64,000 nt of DNA, taken from contig CAYVAJ010000002.1 of NCBI GenBank assembly GCA_964448725.1, positions 66,587 to 130,586 on the forward strand. The letters are read 5' to 3'. The notes under the pieces are model-generated. The model was not told the origin of the DNA and searched no databases. It was given only the letters and a program-made list of their open reading frames with translations. The first letter of the stretch is position 1. Each line of letters begins with the position of its first letter. Position numbers and translations under genes: made by a program. Below, piece after piece: positions 18,575 to 26,865 of this stretch. This DNA is from an uncultured Gammaproteobacteria bacterium (GTDB lineage Bacteria > Patescibacteriota > Microgenomatia > Levybacterales > GWA1-39-11).

Positions 18575-19319
18575 ACAGAGTTGCGTATTTTGTCATAGTA
18601 CCTCTAATAAGATGTCACGTGAACATGTGTTTCCAAACTGGTTGTGCAATCTATACCCAGAAGAAACAATGATAATAAACCAATTTATTGGTAAATCTCA
18701 AAATATTTGGCCTTCAAAAATATTTCAACATAAAGCAAAAGTAGTATGTGAACCCTGTAATAATGGCTGGATGGCTGACCTGGAAGGTGAAGTTAAGCCA
18801 ATCCTTAGTAAAATGATGCGATTATCACCCTATGTTTTGAATGAAAGAGCCCAGGCTACTTTATCATTTTGGGCTCAAAAAACGCTGTTAATGCTCAATC
18901 AAGCAGTTCCTGGAGACCTCAAGATAACTTCTGACCTGTATGATGATTTATATACCAAGAAATCAGCATCCTCTAAGGTGCTTGTACAAATAGGCTGGAG
19001 AATGCTCAATAGAGGTACAAAAGATGAACCAATCGCAAGTTTTGAATTAAAACAGATACCTTCTGTAGAAGTGCCCCGAGAACTATTAGGGGCTCTTGAA
19101 AAGCAAAAAGACTCAGGAGGCTTTATATGGAAAGCTGTCATTGCGATTGGACCAGTAGTCTTTGAAATGGCTGGTCATAATATGCAGATAACTCTTACAG
19201 TAGGCACGAACAGCAAGGTCTTCATTCCAATAAGGCCTTATAGGCAAGATATAACTTGGCCGCTGGAATGGCCGATAGAAGCTGAGGGTGGGTTACCAGA
19301 GATAAAGAGACGGCAATAA
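18564..19319 (+). CDS. HNH-endonuclease-domain protein
   Basis: N-terminal CVFCHSTSNKMSREHVFPNWL ... CEPCNNGWM (C-x2-C ... EH-x2-P ... C-x2-C-N), an HNH/His-Me finger. Confidence 0.6.
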   Translation: MNDKQSCVFCHSTSNKMSREHVFPNWLCNLYPEETMIINQFIGKSQNIWPSKIFQHKAKVVCEPCNNGWMADLEGEVKPILSKMMRLSPYVLNERAQATLSFWAQKTLLMLNQAVPGDLKITSDLYDDLYTKKSASSKVLVQIGWRMLNRGTKDEPIASFELKQIPSVEVPRELLGALEKQKDSGGFIWKAVIAIGPVVFEMAGHNMQITLTVGTNSKVFIPIRPYRQDITWPLEWPIEAEGGLPEIKRRQ

Positions 19320-19404
19320 ACAATATCTATATCCTTATAAGACCATAGCTTTAGTCCACGCTGGATGCCATCAGGGGAGGTATATGGTTTATGAGTGTGT
19401 ACTC

Positions 19405-20364
19405 CTATGCCATACCCAAGTACTGCATTATTGCTGATGCAATCATTGAGCCTGCTGTATTATTTGCTACAGATATACTTCCTTTACCTATCATAATCAT
19501 GACTCTTGATATCCAACTCGTTGTAGCAGGTCCTGGTTGTTCCTCGGATTTCTCGTCCTTAGACAAAGCGTCTTCTAACTCAGTTATCAGTGCGTCTGTT
19601 ACACCCAATTCCTTAAGAGATTTTTTTAATCCATCAAAGTCCCCTGGGCGTACAACTATATTGTTCTGGGTTGTAGCACCAAAATTACCCACAGAAACGT
19701 TACCCCCGTATATTATGTTATGAACATTTTGAGTAACTTTTTTGTCAGTAGGTGGAGATACTTCAACCTCTTCTTTCCCTTTACTACCCTTAATATCTAA
19801 TTCGTCTTCTATGCTGAGAACAAATTCAAGTACCCGTGTTCTTATTGTATCCAGTATTCCTCCCAACCTAGCTTTGCTAATCACCCTCCAAGCAGAAGCG
19901 AGTACCATGCCTCCACTAAATATCTCTTTGGTTTGATAAAATGCAATAACATCTGCGGGCCAATGTGACGACAGTGTGTCTGTCTTATCTCCTTGTGAGG
20001 ATAATTCTTCCAGTTCTGCAACTGGCTCAGTCATATAGTTTGTGAATAACATTTTCCGATGCTTCTTATCTATAACTGACTGTGGTACTTGTATATTACG
20101 ATATCCACTTCCGAATGGACCTGAGAGATGGCCCATTACCTGTGCTCCAAACTCTCTATAATCAGGTAATCCATCATTAGATGTATACCCATTAAGCTCA
20201 GATTGAGACCATTTCACTAGTTCATCATTTTGCAGCAACTTTCCGAGTCTCATGCAGAGACGCAACACTTCACTCAGAGGAATGTCATGACCAGTTGAGC
20301 CATCTTTAATTTTTTTTATGAGTTCACTGACTTCACTTAAATCTACAGTTTTATTCTCTGCCAT
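19405..20364 (-). CDS. AbiTii-like abortive-infection protein
   Basis: N-terminal LSEVLRLCMRLGKLLQNDELVKWSQSELNGY matches the AbiTii N-domain signature (LRK.KVLA..L.N.E...W...ELNGY). Confidence 0.55.
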   Translation of the reverse strand: MAENKTVDLSEVSELIKKIKDGSTGHDIPLSEVLRLCMRLGKLLQNDELVKWSQSELNGYTSNDGLPDYREFGAQVMGHLSGPFGSGYRNIQVPQSVIDKKHRKMLFTNYMTEPVAELEELSSQGDKTDTLSSHWPADVIAFYQTKEIFSGGMVLASAWRVISKARLGGILDTIRTRVLEFVLSIEDELDIKGSKGKEEVEVSPPTDKKVTQNVHNIIYGGNVSVGNFGATTQNNIVVRPGDFDGLKKSLKELGVTDALITELEDALSKDEKSEEQPGPATTSWISRVMIMIGKGSISVANNTAGSMIASAIMQYLGMA

Positions 20365-20417
20365 TTGTCAGCTATTATAGCACTCCACCGGTGTTTAATG
20401 ATTACACAAAAATGAGG

Positions 20418-21386
20418 TCAATTATAGGCACTGCACTGTTGCTGGTACGCTTCATCGTTCTTAACTTCTTGTTCCATCTTATTTCTAGTTCCTGTCCATA
20501 CACATTCATTGTATTGGGTCTCCGTAAGTGAATTGGCTTCCTTTAATTGCGTACAAGCAACTATGGAGTCTTGAGTTTTTTCCTCTACTGAAAGGGTAAT
20601 CCCCAGTGCGGGGTTCAAGTCTACATCCTCCTTTAATCTAGCAAAAATTGACCTTCTTTCCTCGTCATGCAGCTGATTTAAGAAAATTGACTGTGCCGTA
20701 AAAGCATCAGCCTCCTGTCCAAAACATTCCAATTTTTCTTTAGTCTCACGTTGATATATCTCCTGTCCTACATGTGTTAGCTCATGTATTAAAATAGTAG
20801 CAATTGAGAGGTCATCGTAAGTCTTGTACTGGGGGTGCAGTATAATTTTCAATGCATCTGTTGGGGAATCCGTCATAAATCCTCCTTCTAAGTCCATTTC
20901 AGATGCCTCTTCTGAATACTGAATATCAAGACAGTTTCTGTAATCAAAAGCCCTTCCATAGTACGAGCCGGGGTTATTCTCTATATCCAACCGCTGTGAT
21001 ATCAAATCCAAGGCTCTATTAATTTCTGGCTCTAAAGCGTGTGGAGTACCTCTCAAACAGCGTGCTACTGGTGCTGTTCTCGCACTGTATTCCATATACC
21101 CAACTAACCCTGTCCCTAACAGCCAAAAAATGATTAGAAAGACTGAAACCATCCTAAATCGCTTCTTCCAAAATGTTATTACTGAAAACAAGGCTGTAAA
21201 GACTGCCCATAAGATGACAACCCTCCACATGTTTTCTCCACCAATGGCTGCCCGTTGCTCATAGAGTAACCCGTCCGCGGTTCTCATGAACGGGAACATC
21301 GCTACAAAAAATATCACAGTTACAATTCCCAGAAGAAATAGGCGGGAAAATATCCTTTTAACTGATAGGTTATATCTCTTACTCAT
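20418..21386 (-). CDS. membrane-anchored HExxH zincin-like metallopeptidase-domain protein (DUF4157-like)
   Basis: three N-terminal TM helices; ILIHELTHVGQE motif resembling the DUF4157 HELxHVxQ signature. Confidence 0.45.
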   Translation of the reverse strand: MSKRYNLSVKRIFSRLFLLGIVTVIFFVAMFPFMRTADGLLYEQRAAIGGENMWRVVILWAVFTALFSVITFWKKRFRMVSVFLIIFWLLGTGLVGYMEYSARTAPVARCLRGTPHALEPEINRALDLISQRLDIENNPGSYYGRAFDYRNCLDIQYSEEASEMDLEGGFMTDSPTDALKIILHPQYKTYDDLSIATILIHELTHVGQEIYQRETKEKLECFGQEADAFTAQSIFLNQLHDEERRSIFARLKEDVDLNPALGITLSVEEKTQDSIVACTQLKEANSLTETQYNECVWTGTRNKMEQEVKNDEAYQQQCSAYN

Positions 21387-21703
21387 CTGTTTTCAGTATA
21401 TCTTAAAGAAAGAAAAAAAGTAGCAAAAAAAGAAAGAAAATAATTTTGGTTCATAAATCTACTGGTAGTTATATTGATAGGCTGGGGTGTGGCTGGGATA
21501 TACTACCTCTCTCCACTGGTCTAATGAGGCACGAACTTGGTTCCAATGCAAAAACATTTGGGTCACATAAAAAATATCTCGCAACAGTGCGAGATTTTTT
21601 TGTGGGATTTCACCGTAGGAAATTGAATATTTGTTCGTGCCGCTACGAAGTAGCTAATACCCTTGGGGTACGACACTTCGAAGAAGTTAGTCCTCTTGTA
21701 GGA

Positions 21704-21720
21704 AATTCCCGTGGGGTCAC
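21704..21720 (+). repeat. attR-like 17-bp direct repeat
   Basis: exact copy of 15695-15711. Confidence 0.7.
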
Positions 21721-21808
21721 GATAAACTTATAGCTACTTTGCATCATTTACCTGCTATAATTCACTACTAAGAATAGTCTTGTTCGTTTCCAATTCATAG
21801 GAGGTACC

Positions 21809-22393
21809 ATGACTGACCAAAGTCAGGATCAATTATTGCCTGTCCGCCGAAGTCTTCCTTCCAAAAGAAAAGGTATTACGTGGGAAGGAAGGGTAGCTGG
21901 GCAGAAAGTCTATCTTCGGACAGGGGAGTTTGAAGATGGAACGATCGGTGAGATCTTCATTGACCTCCACAAGGAGGGGATGGCGATGCGGTCCATTATG
22001 AACTGCTTTGCGATAGCGGTAAGTAAAGGGCTTCAGTTCGGTGTTCCTCTTGAGGAGTTCGTGGAAACATTCACCTTCACCCGGTTCGAGCCACAAGGAA
22101 TTGTAGAAGGCCATCCCAACATCAAGATGGCAACATCTATAGTGGATTACGTGTTCCGTGTATTGGGTCATCACTATCTGGGGTGGGAAGACCTCGCTCT
22201 AACATCTGGCACGTCTGAGGTTACATCATCTCCAGTTGGGGAAAGTTACGCTGAACAGAGTATGTTTGCGCATCTTGAAAGGATGATGGGAGAAGCACCC
22301 TTCTGCAGTGTTTGCGGACATATTACAGCACGCAATGGAGCACTTTTCAAGTGTCTGAATTGTGGAAATAGTATGGAGGAGCCAAAAGACTAG
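21809..22393 (+). pseudogene. nrdJ: C-terminal fragment (NrdJb-like, 194 aa) of adenosylcobalamin-dependent class II ribonucleotide reductase
   Basis: [39 protein letters not shown]...TRFEPQG...[16 protein letters not shown] and a C-terminal Cys4 ribbon CSVCGH...CLNCG; no N-terminal 500-plus aa upstream, where the sequence is attR. Confidence 0.6.
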
Positions 22394-22638
22394 GACTTGT
22401 TATTCTATAAGGGCCTTCGGATTTTACCGTAGGCCCTGACTCTATTGAGAAACGATTTTAATAATCAATGGTAGTAAGGAGTGAAGCATGACTAACCTTG
22501 GCTGAACCATCGTCTTCCATTCTCGTAGTGAACCGAGAACTTGGTTCTCCTTCAGAAAATTTCCCATTTCATGGTGTCACAATTCCAAAATACCCCAAGG
22601 GTATTAGCTATCGCATAGCGGCACATTTGGCTCACAAA

Positions 22639-23511
22639 TTACGTCACACTAGTCCTCACATGAATTAGATTATTCCAAGGATCTGGAAAAATTAGTGTAT
22701 CTTTTTTGGAAGTTACCTTAATTTTATATTGTTCAAGTCTCTTGCCAAGTGTATCTACTGCATGTTTGGATGGTAGTAGTAACTCAATACTTTGGAGTCC
22801 TAAAGTTTTGTTTCTCTTGCCAGCACCGTAACTTTGCCAGGAGTTCATACCGAGGTGATGATGATAGCCGCCTACTGATACAAAAAGTGCTTGTGGCATC
22901 TCGGCCGTGATATTAAAACCCATCACATCCACATAGAAATTTTTTGCAGTCTTAATGTCTCCCACTTTCAGATGAACATGGCCCATATGTTTTTCATCAG
23001 AGTCATCTTGAGCAGAGTGTGTATTAATATATGCAATAGGGTCTATGTATTCTACCCCCATTTTTACGAGTCCGTCTTCCCATTCCCATAAGGATCTATC
23101 TCTATCAAAGTACAGCTCTAATTCATTTCCTTCAGGATCAGTGAAATAAAATGCTTCACTCACAAAATGATCAGCACTCCCTATAAATGAGCCAGGATAA
23201 TCCTGGAACAATCGTTTTAATGTATTTGCTAATTGTCCACGCGATTTAAAAACAATAGCATTATGAAATAATCCTGCTGATGTTCTTGGTGAATTAGGAA
23301 GGTCAGGCGCACTACTGAGTGTAATTATTTTTTTATTATCATTTCCTAAAATTATTTCATTGTTCTCATTACTCAGTATCTCAAGCCCTACACCTGAGTG
23401 ATAAAACTGTTGTAATTTAGAAGTATTTTCAATATTAAGAATTGTATTTCCTACTTCAAGTGTTGAAGCAAGAGTATCTCTTTTATCGTATTTACTCATA
23501 TTTGTATTCAT
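22639..23511 (-). CDS. two-domain VOC-family protein (extradiol dioxygenase/glyoxalase-like)
   Basis: two tandem VOC modules; metal-ligand His/Glu pattern (HVHLKV ... YHHHLGM). Confidence 0.6.
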   Translation of the reverse strand: MNTNMSKYDKRDTLASTLEVGNTILNIENTSKLQQFYHSGVGLEILSNENNEIILGNDNKKIITLSSAPDLPNSPRTSAGLFHNAIVFKSRGQLANTLKRLFQDYPGSFIGSADHFVSEAFYFTDPEGNELELYFDRDRSLWEWEDGLVKMGVEYIDPIAYINTHSAQDDSDEKHMGHVHLKVGDIKTAKNFYVDVMGFNITAEMPQALFVSVGGYHHHLGMNSWQSYGAGKRNKTLGLQSIELLLPSKHAVDTLGKRLEQYKIKVTSKKDTLIFPDPWNNLIHVRTSVT

Positions 23512-23608
23512 TATACTCCCATCTAATGACTAAGTGAATCTATACTCTATTAATATACTCTTACACGGCTATAACGTTAGCTGTTTACCTATGTTGTATA
23601 CTTATTAC

Positions 23609-24568
23609 ATGACACAAGGGATTCATCATATAACCGCTATTGCCTCAGATCCACAAAAGACGACTGACTTTTATACGAATATTTTGGGTTTAAGACTCGT
23701 TAAAAAAACAGTCAATCAGGATGATGTAAGTGCCTATCATCTGTTCTTTGGCGACAAAATGGGAAATCCGGGCATGGATCTTACGTTCTTCTTTTTCCGA
23801 CCTGCATTAGAGGGGAAGATTGGGAATGGATTTGTTTCCAAAATATCTCTTGCTGTACCTGAAGAGTCACTCGATTTTTGGTCTGAACGTTTTAAGCGAT
23901 TTAATATAAAACATGACAAACTAACAAAAATATTAGGAAAAAAACGAATACCCTTTTTCGATGTTGATAATTTACCTCTCGAACTTGTAGGACTCACACA
24001 AGCAGAAATGGAAAAAGAACCAGATATTTGGGAAACACAGGAAATCACAAAAGAGAATGCAATCAGGAATTTCTATTCTGCAACGCTCAGTATATCTGAT
24101 GTACGTCTGATGGACCCTATCTTAAAGCACGTATATAATTACGAGCAGTTCAATAACGATGATAATACATATTTATACAAAGTAGCGAATTCCACAAGAG
24201 CAAGTATCTTGGAAGTACACGCTGAAAAATCAGGTGAAATTGGTGAGAGTGGAGCAGGAACTGTTCATCACATTGCATTCCGCGCTCATGATGAAAAAGA
24301 ACAGTTAGAATTTACGCATAAAATATTCGAGCTTGGTCTGTATCCAACAGAAGTAATAAATAGATTCTATTTTAAGTCAGTATATTTTAGAACTCCTGCT
24401 GGTATACTATTTGAGATCGCAACAGATGGTCCTGGATTTACTGCAGATGAAAGTGAAAAAGACCTTGGAAAAAGATTGGCACTTCCTCCTTTTCTAGAAG
24501 GGGAACGAGATATGATTGAAAAAAATCTTTCTCCAATCTCATTTGATTCAGTTGCGCTTTATGCATAA
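23609..24568 (+). CDS. ring-cleaving dioxygenase (MhqO/MhqE-like VOC family)
   Basis: GIHHITAIASDPQKTTDFYTNILGLRLVKKTVNQDD..YHLFFGD matches B. subtilis Mhq-type dioxygenases; start moved to ATG 23609, giving MTQGIHHIT. Confidence 0.7.
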   Translation: MTQGIHHITAIASDPQKTTDFYTNILGLRLVKKTVNQDDVSAYHLFFGDKMGNPGMDLTFFFFRPALEGKIGNGFVSKISLAVPEESLDFWSERFKRFNIKHDKLTKILGKKRIPFFDVDNLPLELVGLTQAEMEKEPDIWETQEITKENAIRNFYSATLSISDVRLMDPILKHVYNYEQFNNDDNTYLYKVANSTRASILEVHAEKSGEIGESGAGTVHHIAFRAHDEKEQLEFTHKIFELGLYPTEVINRFYFKSVYFRTPAGILFEIATDGPGFTADESEKDLGKRLALPPFLEGERDMIEKNLSPISFDSVALYA

Positions 24569-24573
24569 AAATT

Positions 24574-25431
24574 ATGAACCAATTTACCCATATCTATATT
24601 GATAATAATGCCGAGAACACACTTTTTCTTCTCCATGGCTCAGGCGGTACAGAAAATGACTTTCTTTTTTTAGATGAACTTTTAGAAAAAAAATACAATC
24701 TTGTTGGGCTACGCGGCAATATCTTAGAAAAAGGGATGAATAGATTCTTTAGACGGTTGTCAGAAGGTGTTTTTGATCAAGAAAGTATTAATGATGAGAC
24801 TAAAAAACTGCGTTATTTTATAAAAGAGTGGGTAATTGGACATAACCTGACACTCGATGATCTTATTTTCCTTGGATATTCAAATGGTGCAAATATGATC
24901 CTTGCGATGCTTTTTAATTATCCTGACATAATACGGAATAGTGTATTGCTACATCCAATGCTCCGATATAAACCAAGTAAAAATGACCTCGATTTAGAGT
25001 CTCATGTTGCATTCCTCAGTTATGGAAGACAAGACCACCTAATCCCTGAGCAAGAAAGTAAAGATCTTGTCAAACTTTTAACCTCACTGAATATGAATTT
25101 AACCGTTAATGAATATGCCTCAGGTCATGAAATAACGGAAGCAGAAATTAACGATGTTGTCCAGTACTTGCTTACTGTACATTCCTCAGAGCATACTGCA
25201 AATAAACAATCGAAAAAAGAACAGCTTGCAGATGAGTCTGGAACAATCAGTTTGCGAGAGCTGCAAGAGAAAGAGCGTGGGTATGATATGCCAGAACTTG
25301 AAAAGAGTCGCCCACATGTGACTGGTGAACAGTCAGCTGCAGGGAGTATGCCAAATCCTGAATATGTAACTGCAAAAACAACGCTTGAAAAAGCGCGATC
25401 AATGAGAGTCCATAAAAAGCCGCAGAAATAA
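24574..25431 (+). CDS. phospholipase/carboxylesterase-family alpha/beta hydrolase (MhqD-like) with an unusual C-terminal tail of about 85 aa
   Basis: LHGSGGTENDF ... LGYSNGANMI (GxSxG); sits 5 nt after the dioxygenase gene, as in mhqED. Confidence 0.65.
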   Translation: MNQFTHIYIDNNAENTLFLLHGSGGTENDFLFLDELLEKKYNLVGLRGNILEKGMNRFFRRLSEGVFDQESINDETKKLRYFIKEWVIGHNLTLDDLIFLGYSNGANMILAMLFNYPDIIRNSVLLHPMLRYKPSKNDLDLESHVAFLSYGRQDHLIPEQESKDLVKLLTSLNMNLTVNEYASGHEITEAEINDVVQYLLTVHSSEHTANKQSKKEQLADESGTISLRELQEKERGYDMPELEKSRPHVTGEQSAAGSMPNPEYVTAKTTLEKARSMRVHKKPQK

Positions 25432-25512
25432 ATTTCATGCAAAACCTTTGATATCTAAAGATCTACAACTCTTCTAATTCTACTTTGTTTTCTATATAAT
25501 CAACATTTCGAT

Positions 25513-26073
25513 ATGACAGCATATTTTACTGCTTCGGTTGCGGCAAAACAAAAATATATTAAAAATTATTTAAAAATTATTCACGAGCTTCAGGGAATGA
25601 AAATTAATGTGGTGTACGAGCATATCATCAACTCAAGCGAAGCAAAGATTCGGTTGCATACAAAAGAAGAACGACATACGTTTCATGACCAGGTTGCAAA
25701 ATGGATCCAGTCATGTGATTTTATGGTAGTTGATACTTCATTTCCGAGTATAAGTGTGGGTTATGAAATAGCCCATGCACTCCGTATTGGAAAGCCAGTA
25801 CTGTTGTTATATTCTCATGGAGACCCACCTTCACTTCTTGCGTATCATAAAAATGAAAAACTTGTCTGCGAAAAATATACGCTTGAAAGCATAAAACAAA
25901 TTCTTAAAAATTTTATTGAATATGTCCAAGGTAAGCACGACTTGCGATTTACCTTTTTTATTTCACCTGAAATTGCAACATACTTAGACAGTATTGCTGT
26001 TAAAAGAAAGATTCCTAAATCTGTATTTATCCGCCAATTAATAGAAAAAGAAATGGAAAAAGACTCCTCTTAA
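25513..26073 (+). CDS. fusion of a nucleoside 2-deoxyribosyltransferase-like domain and a C-terminal ribbon-helix-helix
   Basis: YFTASVAA...CDFMVVDTSFPSISVGYEIAHALRIGKPVLLLY (NDT/Rcl-like); C-terminus LRFTFFISPEIATYLDSIAVKRKIPKSVFIRQLIEKE (RHH/CopG-like). Confidence 0.5.
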   Translation: MTAYFTASVAAKQKYIKNYLKIIHELQGMKINVVYEHIINSSEAKIRLHTKEERHTFHDQVAKWIQSCDFMVVDTSFPSISVGYEIAHALRIGKPVLLLYSHGDPPSLLAYHKNEKLVCEKYTLESIKQILKNFIEYVQGKHDLRFTFFISPEIATYLDSIAVKRKIPKSVFIRQLIEKEMEKDSS

Positions 26074-26101
26074 TACATATCTGTGGCGCATTGGAGAAAC
26101 T

Positions 26102-26467
26102 TTGAACTCGCGCTATAATTCTTTTGTTGTTCGTATAGATAGTCAGAGAGGACTTCACATGTGTGTCTCAGCTCATTGTGAGAATGCAACTGTGCTTCAT
26201 CTTCGGCAAGCAATCCAATTCTGCTCAAAGGAGCGAAACTGCACAGAGATGGGCTTGGAGGCTCATATCTCGCGTGAATGTAACACAGATTGTGCGCAAA
26301 AGGCTGTTGCCCAGCTCGAGGAGCTTGGGTTGATTACCTTTACAATGAGCGGTGAGATCGGATTCACCGTGAAAGCGAAGCATTTTCTCAATAGAGACAT
26401 GCAACGTCAGCCAGAAATCTTCGAATGTGATGAGATTGTTCTGGCAATGAACCGTCTTTTTGACTAG
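26102..26467 (+). CDS. hypothetical Cys-rich protein
   Basis: ORF followed directly by an intrinsic terminator. Confidence 0.35.
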   Translation: MNSRYNSFVVRIDSQRGLHMCVSAHCENATVLHLRQAIQFCSKERNCTEMGLEAHISRECNTDCAQKAVAQLEELGLITFTMSGEIGFTVKAKHFLNRDMQRQPEIFECDEIVLAMNRLFD

Positions 26468-26487
26468 GACACCAGTCCTCAACGTAT

Positions 26488-26517
26488 CCCGGTTCTCTGA
26501 GAGCCGGGATTTTTTTC
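26488..26517 (+). terminator. rho-independent terminator
   Basis: CCCGGTTCTCTGAGAGCCGGG hairpin followed by TTTTTTT. Confidence 0.8.
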
Positions 26518-26562
26518 TATAGAAAGAACAACGAGGCTAAAAACCCTAGGATCTTTTTACTT

Positions 26563-26601
26563 AAAGAAAAGGTGTGAACCTAAACCACCTGGAAGGTGGA
26601 A
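26563..26601 (+). promoter_or_regulatory. conserved upstream motif, copy 1: AAAGAAAAGGTGTGAACCTAAACCACCTGGAAGGTGGAA, 57 nt upstream of a TATAAT
   Basis: near-identical copy at 38298-38336; contains the palindrome CCACCTGGAAGGTGG; TATAAT at 26658-26663. Confidence 0.6.
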
Positions 26602-26865
26602 TAATAAGATACGAAAGAGAGGTGAGGTAGAAATTTCGCTAGGTAGCAAAATAATCCTATAATATTGATTTTTCACTCTTTTTTTGCTAAAATAATACTG
26701 ATTTATCTAATAGTTGTTGAGTAATTACTTGGCATGAGTATTTGATGAATCAAGTTGCTCTTTAAGAGATTAAGAATCATTAGTACAGTAGATGGCGTAG
26801 TACCTATATTAGCTATATGTAGTACGCCGTCTATTGGCGCAGCAGTTTATTGCATGGAGGCATGA

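Larger units (their letters stand above)
15695..21720. mobile_element. integrated element of about 6.0 kb at the tRNA-Glu 3' end, bounded by a 17-bp direct repeat; serine-recombinase integrative island with small terminase and abortive-infection-type cargo
   Basis: AATTCCCGTGGGGTCAC at 15695-15711 (tRNA 3' end) and again at 21704-21720; recombinase gene abuts the tRNA; phage-like and defence-like cargo. Confidence 0.7.

Noticed and set aside
21446-21733. 95-aa ORF spanning the region just inside and across attR
   Set aside because: It overlaps the 17-bp att repeat and a tRNA-like remnant, has no ribosome-binding site and shows no protein-like composition. It is treated as a non-coding junction.
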